A stretch of 42,976 bases of DNA from Seison nebaliae (lineage: Eukaryota), in the NCBI GenBank assembly GCA_023231475.1, contig JALJEE010002497.1:1-42976 (forward strand), written 5' to 3'. A model generated the notes under the pieces. It was not told the DNA's origin. It saw only the letters and a list, made by a program, of their open reading frames with translations, and did no database searches. The position numbers and the translations under genes are program-made. Within the stretch, counting starts at the first letter, position 1; every line of letters begins with the position of its first letter. Shown in pieces: positions 32,099-42,976 of this stretch.

Positions 32099-34674
32099 AA
32101 ATTTTCTTAATATTTAGATTAAAAATTTTGTAAATTTTTTATTTCAATAAAGAACCATTAAAGAATTACATTTAGTTTTTCAAGGCAACGTGTAAAATGT
32201 CAAAGAAGAAACTCCATTTTATTTTGATTTTCAATTTTATTATAATATGCACCACATCTTGACTAACAAATAGTAAGAATCTTTCACCATCAAACACCAA
32301 AGGTTGCTCTTTGGAACTCTTATATGTTATTATATAATGTTATCATTATAAAACTCGATTATTAACTTAACATGCATATTTGAAGAAAAAATGATAATAA
32401 GTAAGAAATGCTTCATTAATTGATTGAAATGATTAATATCATTCATATTCTCAGGCGATTCTATTTTGTAGCGGATAATTAAAATGAGTTTAAGAGAAAA
32501 ATAAAATAGAATAGTGTCAAAGTTTCACTTTAGAATACTTTCAACAGTTAATTACCTCAATGGTCGCATATACTCGTCTCATATCTATATGGCACGTCCT
32601 CAATCTTAATTTTGGACCATTCTCACCATTTAACATGTTCTTTCAGATTTTCTCAAACCTTAACTGTTGTTTCCGAACTGGAGTTATCCTAAGTTATCCG
32701 GTTGCCTCTTTGATTTACCCCGTGGGGATTTGTTTGAATTAAAAAAAAATATATTTTTGATCAAAAAAATCAGATTTTATTATTTTGAGTCTAATCACTT
32801 TTAGTGACCAGTCTCCCAATCTAACACTCTGTTTCCAATTTTGTAAATTTGTTAAATCTTTTTAAGTTGATGATGAAGATGAACCTGGTGATTTAAGTTC
32901 ATCGAATGACCAGTCAAATATGACAACTGGTATTGTTCTCATGTAATGAAAATGATTTAACTATGACTATACAAAAGGGGTACTACATTTAATGTAGTTA
33001 AAACTATTCTTGCGAGAAATTTCTGGGAAATTGTCTTTCCTGATAGAATGGAAGTAAATAAACACGATTATTTGGCAGCGATACAAATGATTTTAAGGAA
33101 TCTTTATATTGTTCATATTTCTTTATCGATTCATCAACGCAATTTCCTGCAAATGAAATTTTTTCTTGAAAATATTTTCCGAAAGGAAACCCCAAAAAAC
33201 GAATATTTTATTAAATCCGAATTCCATTTTCTTCAAGGGAAGAAGTTCTGGTGTTCTTCTTTTGTGTCAATAAAAATAGATATTCTTCGACAAATATTAA
33301 CTTTCTCCTATGTAATATTTATAAAACGATCAAGAGAAATAGACGAAATTGTTGGTTGTGTAAACTTTAATATCTTTACATTGGGTAAAATAAAAATTAT
33401 GGTCTAGGTAGAAAGGTATTGTCTCATCTCATATGTATACATAAATTATTATTCAACATTTCATTTTCTTCAATTCCGGATGTTTTTCCATCAACTCATC
33501 TCTCCCCCAATCGCCATTCTTATATAAATGGACGAGAGAATTTGGTTTGAAATAGATAAATAGATTTTTTATTGCGATAAAACGAGTTTAGTTAAACTAC
33601 AAAATGATGGAACAAAATTTGAAGTAAAAGGGAAAATGATAAGAACGAGCGAAGTATATTAGGGAGCGTTGTCGTTGAACATATTATGTAAATGCCGCCC
33701 AATGTTTATGAACTATCCCCTCCAATGTTTAATAAAGATACGACAGCATTTCTGTTTCATTTCATCACACCATCACCAATTTTCATTGCCACCACCTTTC
33801 CATTAAAAAATATTTTTAGACAGGACTCCCTTAAACTAAAGGCAGTTCATGTATACTTTTAGATGAACAACAAGAAAGAGATTTCGTTTTTTGGCATGTG
33901 AATAATAAAGTTAAAGTTTAGAATGATTTCTATCACTTGGATAGTTCTGAAGAAGTCATTGGGAAAAGAGGAAAGAGAAAATCTTTATTTCTAGGGGCGT
34001 TCCGGATACAAGAGTGCGTGATGTTAAGGCGTTCCCCTTTAAAGAGTAATTATTAAATTTGATATAAATATGATAATGTGGAATATTTTGTTTCGTATTC
34101 TTTTCTATTCACGTGAAAGTGTCTTTATAACTGTCACTCATTTTCTTCTACGGAGAAATTGTTCTACTAAAAATTATAGAGAATTCTTGTTAATCATATC
34201 TTTATGTGAAAAGTGGTTCGTTCGTGCGTTGTAATATTGGATAATAAAACTTCATTAATAAATAGTTAGTTGTAGACGAAGAATGAGGAGAGGCTCTGCA
34301 TTCAAATAAACTTCTCTACCAATTTAATGAGGAGATGAATTACGAGTAATTCTTGATGGATTGGGCTTATTAAGTATCGATATTATTATCGATTGACTTA
34401 TATTTGTCCCATACATTATCAGGTGATGTACCGTTATAAATTGGTGATCGCATGTGAGTCGCGTGACATGTTCATTTTTGTCTTTCCTTAATATTACGAA
34501 TGGTGAGAATGGAATTTAGACTTTCTATAAAATAAGAAAAAATTTATTATTTCCAAATTCTTTATTTCTTCCACTTCCTTCTATTTAATCCGCGTTGAGA
34601 TAATTTGATAATTTACTTTTTAATTTTCTTTTTAGACATTTTTCAATTAAGATCCATTTTTAGAATTGGCAATC

Positions 34675-35793
34675 ATGGCGGGTTACAATCCAACCTTAAA
34701 CAATTCAACTGCAACCGACAAAGGTGTATTGAAACGATACCTGAATCTTCCCATTCCCGACGATGTGTGTATGGCAACTTATATTTGGGTGGATGGGAGT
34801 GGAGAGAATGTGCGTTCAAAAACGATGACAGTTAATCATGTTCCTGAAATGCCTGATACTTTACCATGGTGGAATTTCGATGGAAGTAGTACAGGCCAAG
34901 CTGAAGGAAGTAATTCTGACGTTTATTTGAAACCAGTCGCCTTATTTCGTGATCCATTTCGCTTAGGTAATCATAAATTAGTTCTATGTGAAACATTCAA
35001 ATATGATAAAGTCACACCTACAGCATCGAATAAACGAGCAGCATGTTTGAGAACTATGCAAGATGTTGTTGAACATAAGCCGTGGTTCGGAATCGAACAA
35101 GAATACACTTTATTGGAACGAGATGGACGACCATTTGGTTGGCCGAAACCGATGGGTTTCCCTGGACCTCAAGGTCCTTATTATTGTGGAGTGGGAGCGA
35201 ATAACGCTTATGGACGTGATGTAACTGAAGCATTATATCGAGCATGCTTATACGCAGGAGTAAAAATTTGTGGAGATAATGCAGAAGTGATGCCATCTCA
35301 ATGGGAATTCCAAGTTGGTCCATGTGTTGGCATTGAAGCTGGGGATCATTTATGGGTGGCTAGATATATTCTTCATCGAGTTGCAGAAGACTTTGGAATA
35401 GTTGTCACATTCGATCCGAAACCAATTCCAGGAGATTGGAATGGTGCAGGTGCTCACACTAACTTTTCCACTATCGCAATGAGACAAGATAATGGTATCG
35501 AATTCATCGACAAAGCTATCGAGAAATTAGCCAAACGACATGTTGAACATATCCGTGGTTATGATCCGAATGGCGGAGAAGATAATGCCAGACGATTAAC
35601 TGGTCAACATGAAACGTCAAGTTTATCCAACTTTTCAGCTGGAATTGCAAATCGTGGCGCATCTATTCGTATTCCTCGATCAGTTGGACATGAAAAGAAA
35701 GGATATTTGGAAGATCGTCGTCCATCGTCTAATTGTGATCCTTACACTGTCACTGATATGATTTGTCGTACCGTCATTTTGGACAACGAATAA
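34675..35793 (+). CDS. GLUL: Glutamine synthetase (GSII), intronless CDS
   Basis: [118 protein letters not shown]. First ATG at 34675. Confidence 0.98.
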   Translation: MAGYNPTLNNSTATDKGVLKRYLNLPIPDDVCMATYIWVDGSGENVRSKTMTVNHVPEMPDTLPWWNFDGSSTGQAEGSNSDVYLKPVALFRDPFRLGNHKLVLCETFKYDKVTPTASNKRAACLRTMQDVVEHKPWFGIEQEYTLLERDGRPFGWPKPMGFPGPQGPYYCGVGANNAYGRDVTEALYRACLYAGVKICGDNAEVMPSQWEFQVGPCVGIEAGDHLWVARYILHRVAEDFGIVVTFDPKPIPGDWNGAGAHTNFSTIAMRQDNGIEFIDKAIEKLAKRHVEHIRGYDPNGGEDNARRLTGQHETSSLSNFSAGIANRGASIRIPRSVGHEKKGYLEDRRPSSNCDPYTVTDMICRTVILDNE

Positions 35794-36248
35794 AGAATAT
35801 CATGGAAATTAGCAAACAAATTTTGAGAATTTTAATTTGTATCAAAAAGAACATGATAAATAACATACTCGATTCCCAATTCACATTTACATGTCACTTC
35901 AAAGGATGATGTATTAAAATTTTATTTTTTGAAATACTCATTCATATTCACTTTCTAATTTCCACTTTCTTATTCATTTCTCATTTCATCAAATTTCATT
36001 AAAAATAATTTCTTTTATCTTAAAATTCTTTATAAGAATTAATCTAAATATAATTGAATATATTTATTGAAATGAAAAACTTATTTTATTTTTTAAGAAA
36101 AAATTTTTTTTTCTCATTCTCAATGTTACAAAGAAATCAATCTCGTCGAAAAGTAGAAGTGTAAAAGAAGATTTGTTGAGAAGATAAAGAATCAGTTTGA
36201 AATCAAGAAAAATTGGAAGAGATAAAACAGTTTTAATAAATATAATTC

Positions 36249-37660
36249 TTATCTTAACACTTCATCGATATATTCCATAACATTCACATCATTCAAAATA
36301 TCCATATGAGTGACACCGGGAAATGTTTTCGATTTGATCGGTTGTCGTTGTTTCCATCGTTTGTAAACTAATCACAAAATAATATGATGAGAGATGAATA
36401 TAATAAGGAAAAACCTTCGGATGATATTCGATTGACAGTTCCATCACCATCACCATCGATTTCTATCGGTTGATCATCTGGCCATTTAATGGAATGATCA
36501 TATTGGAAGCCAGCAGGTGTCGGAACATCAGTTCCATGAAGAATAAACATTTTCACACAAGGAGCATTTAACGGTTGTAGGATAGGAGCATACGTTTGAT
36601 ACATATTATATCCAATCGTATAATTGATATCGTTGAAGAGTTCCTGAAGATTACTCAACGTATAATTCTTCCATTTATTCAATTCGATTTCTCTTCGAAC
36701 AAACGGTGAATTCTTATCGAATATTTCAGGCGATGGCATCAAATAAGCGGTTGATGGCATTGTACGTTGGAACGGTCTGACAGCGAGACCTCGCACCACA
36801 TACATGTCCAAATTATCTCCAGATGTGTATAAGCGAAATGCTTTCACTGCGCCAGCCCACGGTGGTGCTAGTGCGATGAATGACTCAACATATTTATCTT
36901 TCCATCTCTGATTCATTGAAGTGAGAAAGTTTTGAAGAACGACATTTCCCATCGAATGAGCAATGAAGATTATTCGAAGTTTATTGTTCAATTCATACGC
37001 ATTTTCTACTAAGAATTTCAAGGCTATAAATAAATTTTTCATTTCATCTAAATAAAATATTTCAATTATCTTTCACAGATATCTTTAGAAATTAACTTGG
37101 AGCTCTTCGGAAATCATAAGGAACACCATAAATATTCTCATCTCGAACATATCCCAATTTATCGACGAGATGTTGAACAATCGGATAGAAATAAGCGGCT
37201 GAAATGGAAATATTAGAAATAAGATGAACTAACAAACACAAATGAACTTAAAGAAATGTGAGTAAACGAATCCAAATATTCAACTGATGATGTTTTCCCA
37301 AAATCTTTTATCAAAATATCAACTCCAGGCGAATTAGTTGTCGTTCCATTTTTGGGATGGAAAACCAATTTCAAATTATCCACCAAACAATCAATAATAT
37401 ATGGGGCCAATTCTTCCATGTTTAACCATAATTGGGAGAATGTCGATGTCTTCTTCTCACAAAATAGATGGGGAGCAGTCGGCTTATTCAATTTAGCCCA
37501 AATCTGTGTACCTCCATCTCCCGGCACTAAACGGTAAATATTATTAAGCACATTTAAAATTCTAACGCAACACTACTGGATTTCGATTAGATAATCCGAA
37601 TACTCTAATACGTGATAAAGTCAAGGCAAATGATAAAATAGCAAATAATCTTACTTTCAT
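36249..37660 (-). CDS. PLA2G15: Lysosomal phospholipase A2 group XV / LCAT-family acyltransferase (5 exons)
   Basis: Signal peptide, NPVVLLPGDGGTQ, QLWLN..CLVDNLKL, GVPYDFRRAP, nucleophile AHSMG, PWAGAVK, DGDGTV, VTHMDIL (catalytic Ser-Asp-His). Confidence 0.88.
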
Positions 37661-38099
37661 TTTAAAAATTCTATGGGAATTTCAATGTAAATTAATTGAA
37701 TTGAATTCATTTACAATTGACATTGATTATCCAATGGGCGTGAACCGATCAAAGGTTAAGCTGCGTGTGCTTCTCTTTCTTGGTTCTCTTTGATACATCT
37801 TTAAGTCCAACTTTAAATAATATTAACAAATGAATGAAGTGAATGAATCTCGTATAGTTTTATTAAAAATTACCAATTTAAAATTACCATCACACAAATT
37901 CTTTTAGATAACTTGTCTATAGATGATCTACATGTATTACATGTAATTTATTTAAAAATTCCCACTGATCATCTTATAGTTTGAATCATTATATATCTTA
38001 TAATATATATATCGTAGTTATAAAGGTAATTTATTTAAAATTCTGTCATTAAGGCGGCAGTCCTGAAATCAGTAACAGAATTGGCTCAAAAAACCATCA

Positions 38100-38767
38100 C
38101 AAATCCGTTATAGTTGGGCAAGTTTGTCGGCCTAGGAAGTGGGTCCTATAGTGAAAGTTTCTGGGCGGGAAGCCAGTAAATTTTATGAATATATGAAATC
38201 TTATGATAAGAAAACATTTAATTCCTTGGGCATCCAAGGAATTTTCGAACAGAATAATATTTCGAGCACCCACCCAGATCCTCTGACCAAAATTCGATTG
38301 AAAATATTTGGGCAGTTCTCTCTAAAAGAGTTTATTGGGGTACGGACTCTTTTGAAACGGAAGATCAATTGTGGGATGCAATAAAAACTCAGTGGTATGA
38401 AATTGAACCAGAAATATGTTCGAATTTAGTTGGGTCAATGCAAAATCGATATATGGACGTCCTAAATATATGTCTTAAAAGAAAAAGACAGTCGACTAAC
38501 AATAATGTGATTTGTTAATTGTAAGTATTAATTAGTTATTACAAAAAAAAATATTCCAGTTTTTGTTAATTTTTTAAAACTGTCGGAGAGTCAACTTAAC
38601 ACAAAATTTTGAAAATGGTTAATAAACTGTCCCCAAAATAAGTTTTAATATTTTTTTTGCTAATTTTCTTAATACGGTTTTCGTACTTGAAAAAACTTGA
38701 AATTTTCTAACTTTCCATCTTTATTATGATAGGAAATATCATGTCCGTGAATCAACTTTACATACTG
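38100..38767 (+). mobile_element. Degenerate Tc1-like DNA transposon fragment (transposase C-terminus + right TIR)
   Basis: Broken frames WASLSA*EVGPIVKVSG..IFEQNN / RSSDQNSIENIWAVL..LWDAIKTQW..NLVGSMQNR resemble Tc1 motifs (WG.FS..GVGPL, FQQDN, SPDLNPIENLW). Ends ...TCAACTTTACATACTG followed by TA (38768-69). An internal copy of the terminal motif is at ~38581. Confidence 0.8.
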
Positions 38768-39250
38768 TATAATTACTCTATTATTTATGTACTATATATA
38801 TAAAATAATTTGTAATAAAAATAAACAGTACAAATAAACATAGGTAGTAATTAAAATCTGGAAATATTTTAGAAACTGTTTCATCAACAAAAAATATTAA
38901 AGATTGTCCGTTGACCGGAATTCAATGTTGAATAATACATGTATGATTAAATTTATCTCGACGGAAATTTCTCTAATAAATAATAATAATTATTCAAAAA
39001 TTAAATGAGCATTTTAATCCCTGTATATATACATATATATATATAAATATGTATTAGAGTTGTATAGTATTTTAAAATATTGTATACAAGATATATCTTC
39101 GTCAACATATATCTTAACATTTCCATGAATATCACATTTTTTTACATCGAAATAAATAAAAAAAGCTTATTGAATTATTGTTATTACTTTAGTTTTAGTT
39201 GCCAAGTAACAAAGATTTTTTTTCACGAACAAATTGAACAGGAAGAGTTA

Positions 39251-40823
39251 ATGGCCACTGATATTGGAATATGGATGAAACTAAAAAATGATAAACCATC
39301 AGCACGAAGTAAGAACAATAAAGAATATCAAGAAATACATAGAGTTGTTCCTGTTGAATTTTGGTTTTCGCAAACAAATCGATCCACCACCATAACTTAT
39401 GATTTTGATATATCTTCTGAGTTATTCAGGTTCGTCGTTCGTTATCCATTCCTTCCCAATAACATAATTATTACAAAGAACGAACCATCAGATTAATCTA
39501 TTAGGGACAAAAAGAACAACGAAAAAGAAATATATTTGTGGAATCCAAAAGAAAATCGGAAATCGATTTCAAGAATTGGACATATCAAAATTGTTTTGCT
39601 TGGATCACAAAAATTTGGTTTGTTACAAAAGTATTTATTTGGAAATTCTATTAAAAGTGTATAGATCCAATTTTATAATGTTTACGAAGATGAACTCGCA
39701 ATAAAATTGATATTGAGCCATCCACCTAATTTGCATGATTTACTCGATTATATTGTCGATATTGAAATATATTCAGAACAGTTTATTTGCAAATTATTCC
39801 GTCAATTGATTGATGCATTAGAAGTTTTATATCAATTTACTTTATCCATATTTGTCTGATAAAACTTTAGTATCTTCATCATTATGATATATTTAGTCTG
39901 AATTTGAGACCGGAATCGTTCATGATTGATGGTAACAGGAAATTAATAATTAACGATTGGTATACATCAACAATTAATCGTTCTTTAATTAATTATCAAT
40001 TCTTAAATAAAGATAATGGATTTGCAAGTTTATTTCCTAGATAATATGATTATATTGTAATATTATTATTAGCACCCGAATTATTGAGGAACGAAAAAAT
40101 TGGCAAATCAGATGACATCTGGAACTCTGGTATTATTCTTTATATTCTGTTATATTTAATCAAAATGAAGTTGTTGACGAAGACTGATCTTTTAAACCAA
40201 TTTTTAGAATTTGTGGTTTTGAACCTTTCACTATTCTCAACGATAAAGAAGAAACTTTCGAAAGAATTCTACAGATAATTCTTCAATTTCCTGAAATAAC
40301 TTGGAATGATGCTACGGAAGCCAGTAAAAATTTGATACAGAAATGTCTTTGTTTGGAAACAGACAGAATTAGTTTAAGTCAAATCAAAAATCATATTTGG
40401 ATGAGAAAAGGTAAAACTTTGTTTATATTGAAGTTGGAGAATTCCAATTTTAATTTTTTAGCACCGACGAAAATCATCAGGACGAAATCCTTACCAGTTC
40501 ACATCCATATGGAATTTGAAGGAAATACTCTTCATTTAGCAAATGCTCAAGTTCTTTTGAAAAAATATCGGAATCACAGAAAAATTAAAGTTAAAGATAA
40601 TGTGCATTTTATAAAAACGTTTTATAAAAATATATTCATTTAGTGTGAGAGTATGACGGTAGAATATTGTGACTATCTTGTCGAAAGTTTAAGAAAAGAA
40701 TCTCAACTAGAAACCGAATTACGACAAGAAAATTCTGGGGTCACTTCCACAAACGACAATAATTTAGAACATAATTCAAATTCAAAAGAAAACCAAACAG
40801 ATTTCCTCGAAGAAGATAAATAA
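39251..40823 (+). CDS. CaMKIV-derived kinase-like protein, predicted pseudokinase (8 exons)
   Basis: Spliced product is collinear with CaMKIV: VPVEFWFSQTNR..FDISSELFR, LDHKNLIQFYNVYE, QLIDALEYLH, TPELLR..DIWNSGIILYILICGFEPF, HIWM, LHLANAQVLLKKYRNHRKIK. Seven GT-AG introns keep the frame open to TAA 40821-23. Start codon uncertain. Confidence 0.75.
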
Positions 40824-41697
40824 AAGTCCGACTATATTGCTGATTTTAATTTAATACGTATGCGGAATATACAGGGATTAAAATGGTCATTTAATTTTTC
40901 GTATTAAGAGATAATCGTATATGTGTTACTTAACATTAAACTCCTTTCAATTATTTGAAATTGATCTATAATCTTCAAGGTTTTTTATATTACTATGAGA
41001 CACATTTTTTGAAATTAAACGGTGGATGCGAACGCCTACCATTCCCTTGTAAGTACAATTTATCTTTCAGAAATTAATCACTAGCGTGCCCCTCCTTCTT
41101 TACGGATCCAGCGCGGATGCATACACTGGGATAACTTTTTGCTCTTAACGACACTAGGTCATTCAATAGGTGATAGGTCGTTGCCTAATAATCACAATGC
41201 CATAATTTGAATAATTATTAGGTAACTATTTTTCCGTTTTCCCATTATTCGATTAGTATGTCTGAATCGTTTCATGAAACTTGTCATTTAATTGCGACTC
41301 TGTCATAAAATTTAACAATATTGGTCTGAAATGTGCTCTTCAATAGCACAATCTGCTACTGCTCGTGAATCAAATTGTAATTATCAATTTTATTAGCATT
41401 TCCTTTTAAAAATATATAAAAGACATAAACGACGTACAATTTACATGATTTACTCTTTATGTTCACTTTATTATTTACTCAATATCTTTATGTTGTTCAA
41501 ACATTTCAGTTTCTTATTTATATTATGTTAATTACTTTAATCTAACAGTTACAATGGGGCGTCAGTTGTATATTGTTTTATTAATATTGCTGTTAATGTG
41601 CATTATATGGCGGGAATGGTAGTTGGAGTTCATTGTAGCTAAAAATACATACATATAATAATACAACACAAACATAAAAATAAACAACAACATAACT

Positions 41698-42275
41698 TGT
41701 AAGTATACTACTCTAAAGTTATAGTATAGAATCTATACTATAGATTCTATATATGGTACTCTATATATTCTATATGGCTTATACCCCGACATAAAATACC
41801 GACTTACACACAAACTCATATGTACTCTCCACAGAACACACATTCTCGCACTACTCCCTCATCCCCAATCAAACTATCATCACACATGACTCACACATAA
41901 CCGCGGGCTCACACTATCCTCTCATTCCTATCCAAATTACCACCTCACATGACTGCAACATAACCGCTGACACACGCTATACCCTCATTTGAATAATGGC
42001 CATTATACCTAATGGACCATTAAGAGATATAGTATAAAAGAAGACAGACCTTATCAGATAAGGAACATTCTTTTATCTTCTATCACTTATTATCAATACG
42101 CTCGTTTCTCATCTTGCATCTTATCCTAAATAAAACGATCCTATCTTATCTTCCCCTCTCCATAACTTCTTTGTGGTTGCCGAGCAACAAGTGTTCTTAA
42201 GCTTGTCTTACTAAATCTTTCAATCCTAAATAATCTGTTTCGTCCCCTAAGCCTATCAAACTTACATTTGTTACA
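41698..42275 (+). mobile_element. 5' LTR of a Ty3/gypsy-type retrotransposon
   Basis: Begins TGTAAG and ends TTACA; compositional shift; internal ~62-bp imperfect tandem repeats (~41815-41990); TATAAAA at ~42033 and AATAAA at ~42129; followed 3 nt later by a PBS and a gag-like ORF. Confidence 0.7.
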
Positions 42276-42278
42276 AAT

Positions 42279-42292
42279 TGGCGACCACGACA
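42279..42292 (+). other. Primer-binding site (probably tRNA-Arg)
   Basis: TGGCGACCACGACA immediately after the LTR end; complementary to a tRNA 3' end ...GUCGUGGUCG-CCA of the tRNA-Arg(UCG) type used by gypsy elements. Confidence 0.7.
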
Positions 42293-42294
42293 AA

Positions 42295-42665
42295 ATGCTA
42301 CCAGCAGTGACCAAAAACGACGGGAAGACCAAATTTGAAGACTGGATCCGCTTGTTCAACATATATTGCAGATTTCAGAAAATTGAAACCGACAAGGACA
42401 AGAGAGATATGCTACTGCTATTTTTGGACGAAAAAATCTTCGCGGAAGTAGCAGAAACATGCTTGGAAAAATGTGAAGAAATGTCTTTGATGAAATCGTA
42501 GAAGAAGTGAAAAAGATGTACGGAAGAACAACACCCCACTTAGAAGCGATGTCGGAATTTAGCAATGTAGAACAAAAATTATCGGAAAACGTCGATCAGT
42601 TTGGTAAAAGAGTTGAAGCGTTAGGTATCGAGACCCAGACAATGGCAAGACGAAAGGACGCTTAG
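42295..42665 (+). pseudogene. Frameshifted, truncated retrotransposon gag
   Basis: MLPAV..FEDWIRLFNIYC..DKRDMLLLFL.., a 1-nt frameshift near 42485, then FDEIVEEVKKMYG..FSNVEQKLSENVDQFGKRVEAL (retrotransposon gag Q...E.V..F..R motif). No pol follows within the window. Confidence 0.75.
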
Positions 42666-42976
42666 GTCATGAAGAAATAAAGAAAATATTAATAATAATT
42701 AAAAGAGTCGCTCGCGCCGAAATGTCTAACTCATCGTTCGTTTGATCTTTGCTCCCTCGACCCTTGATCAGTTTTTCTTTGGCGATGACGAATTCTAAAA
42801 CTCGCGCCATTTTCCAGTAATTAACCTTTCAACTTCGATGACGGCTATATAAGTCGCGCATCTTTTCTAGTATTTTCTCAAGTTAATCTTCATATCATAT
42901 TATCTTTTCTTTAAATAAATAATCATTTAAGAAACAATTCTCTCATGAACGTTAATTGATTAAATTCAATCAACTC

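Noticed and set aside
41020..41400. Locally GC-richer segment with broken minus-strand frames
   Set aside because: No sustained ORF or recognisable motif; probably repeat debris.
42700..42870. CG-richer patch with two CTCGCGCC copies and a TATATAA after the gag fragment
   Set aside because: Could be a promoter or another repeat, but it is cut by the window edge and has no diagnostic feature.
1..42976. Prokaryotic systems (CRISPR arrays, operons with RBS, defence islands), rRNA/tRNA genes, or a non-standard genetic code
   Set aside because: The sequence is clearly eukaryotic with spliceosomal introns; apparent in-frame stops in conserved genes are explained by short introns. No spaced direct-repeat array or structural RNA gene was seen.

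Overview
This is AT-rich, gene-dense eukaryotic (animal) genomic DNA with many very short introns (mostly ~40-75 nt). The ORF track therefore fragments most genes, and I rebuilt the spliced models by hand. The gene content suggests a small-genome marine invertebrate, possibly a rotifer/gnathiferan-like spiralian (inference only). In order the window holds: ovothiol synthase ovoA, an intronless orphan, an orphan type-I membrane protein, FARSB, a Q/N-rich PARP14-like RRM protein, RABGGTB, a solitary labial/Hox1 gene, a basic orphan, an intronless double-kringle membrane protein, a small GPI-anchor-like protein, a short CFAP95 homologue head-to-head with ANKMY1, glutamine synthetase, PLA2G15/LCAT, a Tc1 relic, a CaMKIV-derived pseudokinase and a truncated Ty3/gypsy LTR element. 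The strongest window-wide signal is in splicing. By manual count about 49 of 57 inferred 5' splice sites begin GTT rather than the usual GTR, there is one GC-AG intron, and the only two long introns use GTTAGTTA and contain base-paired inserts. Other highlights are paired identical RFX X-boxes between two ciliary genes, a Hox1 gene with no Hox neighbour, and a kinase that has lost all four catalytic motifs. All protein identities come from recognised motifs, not database searches.
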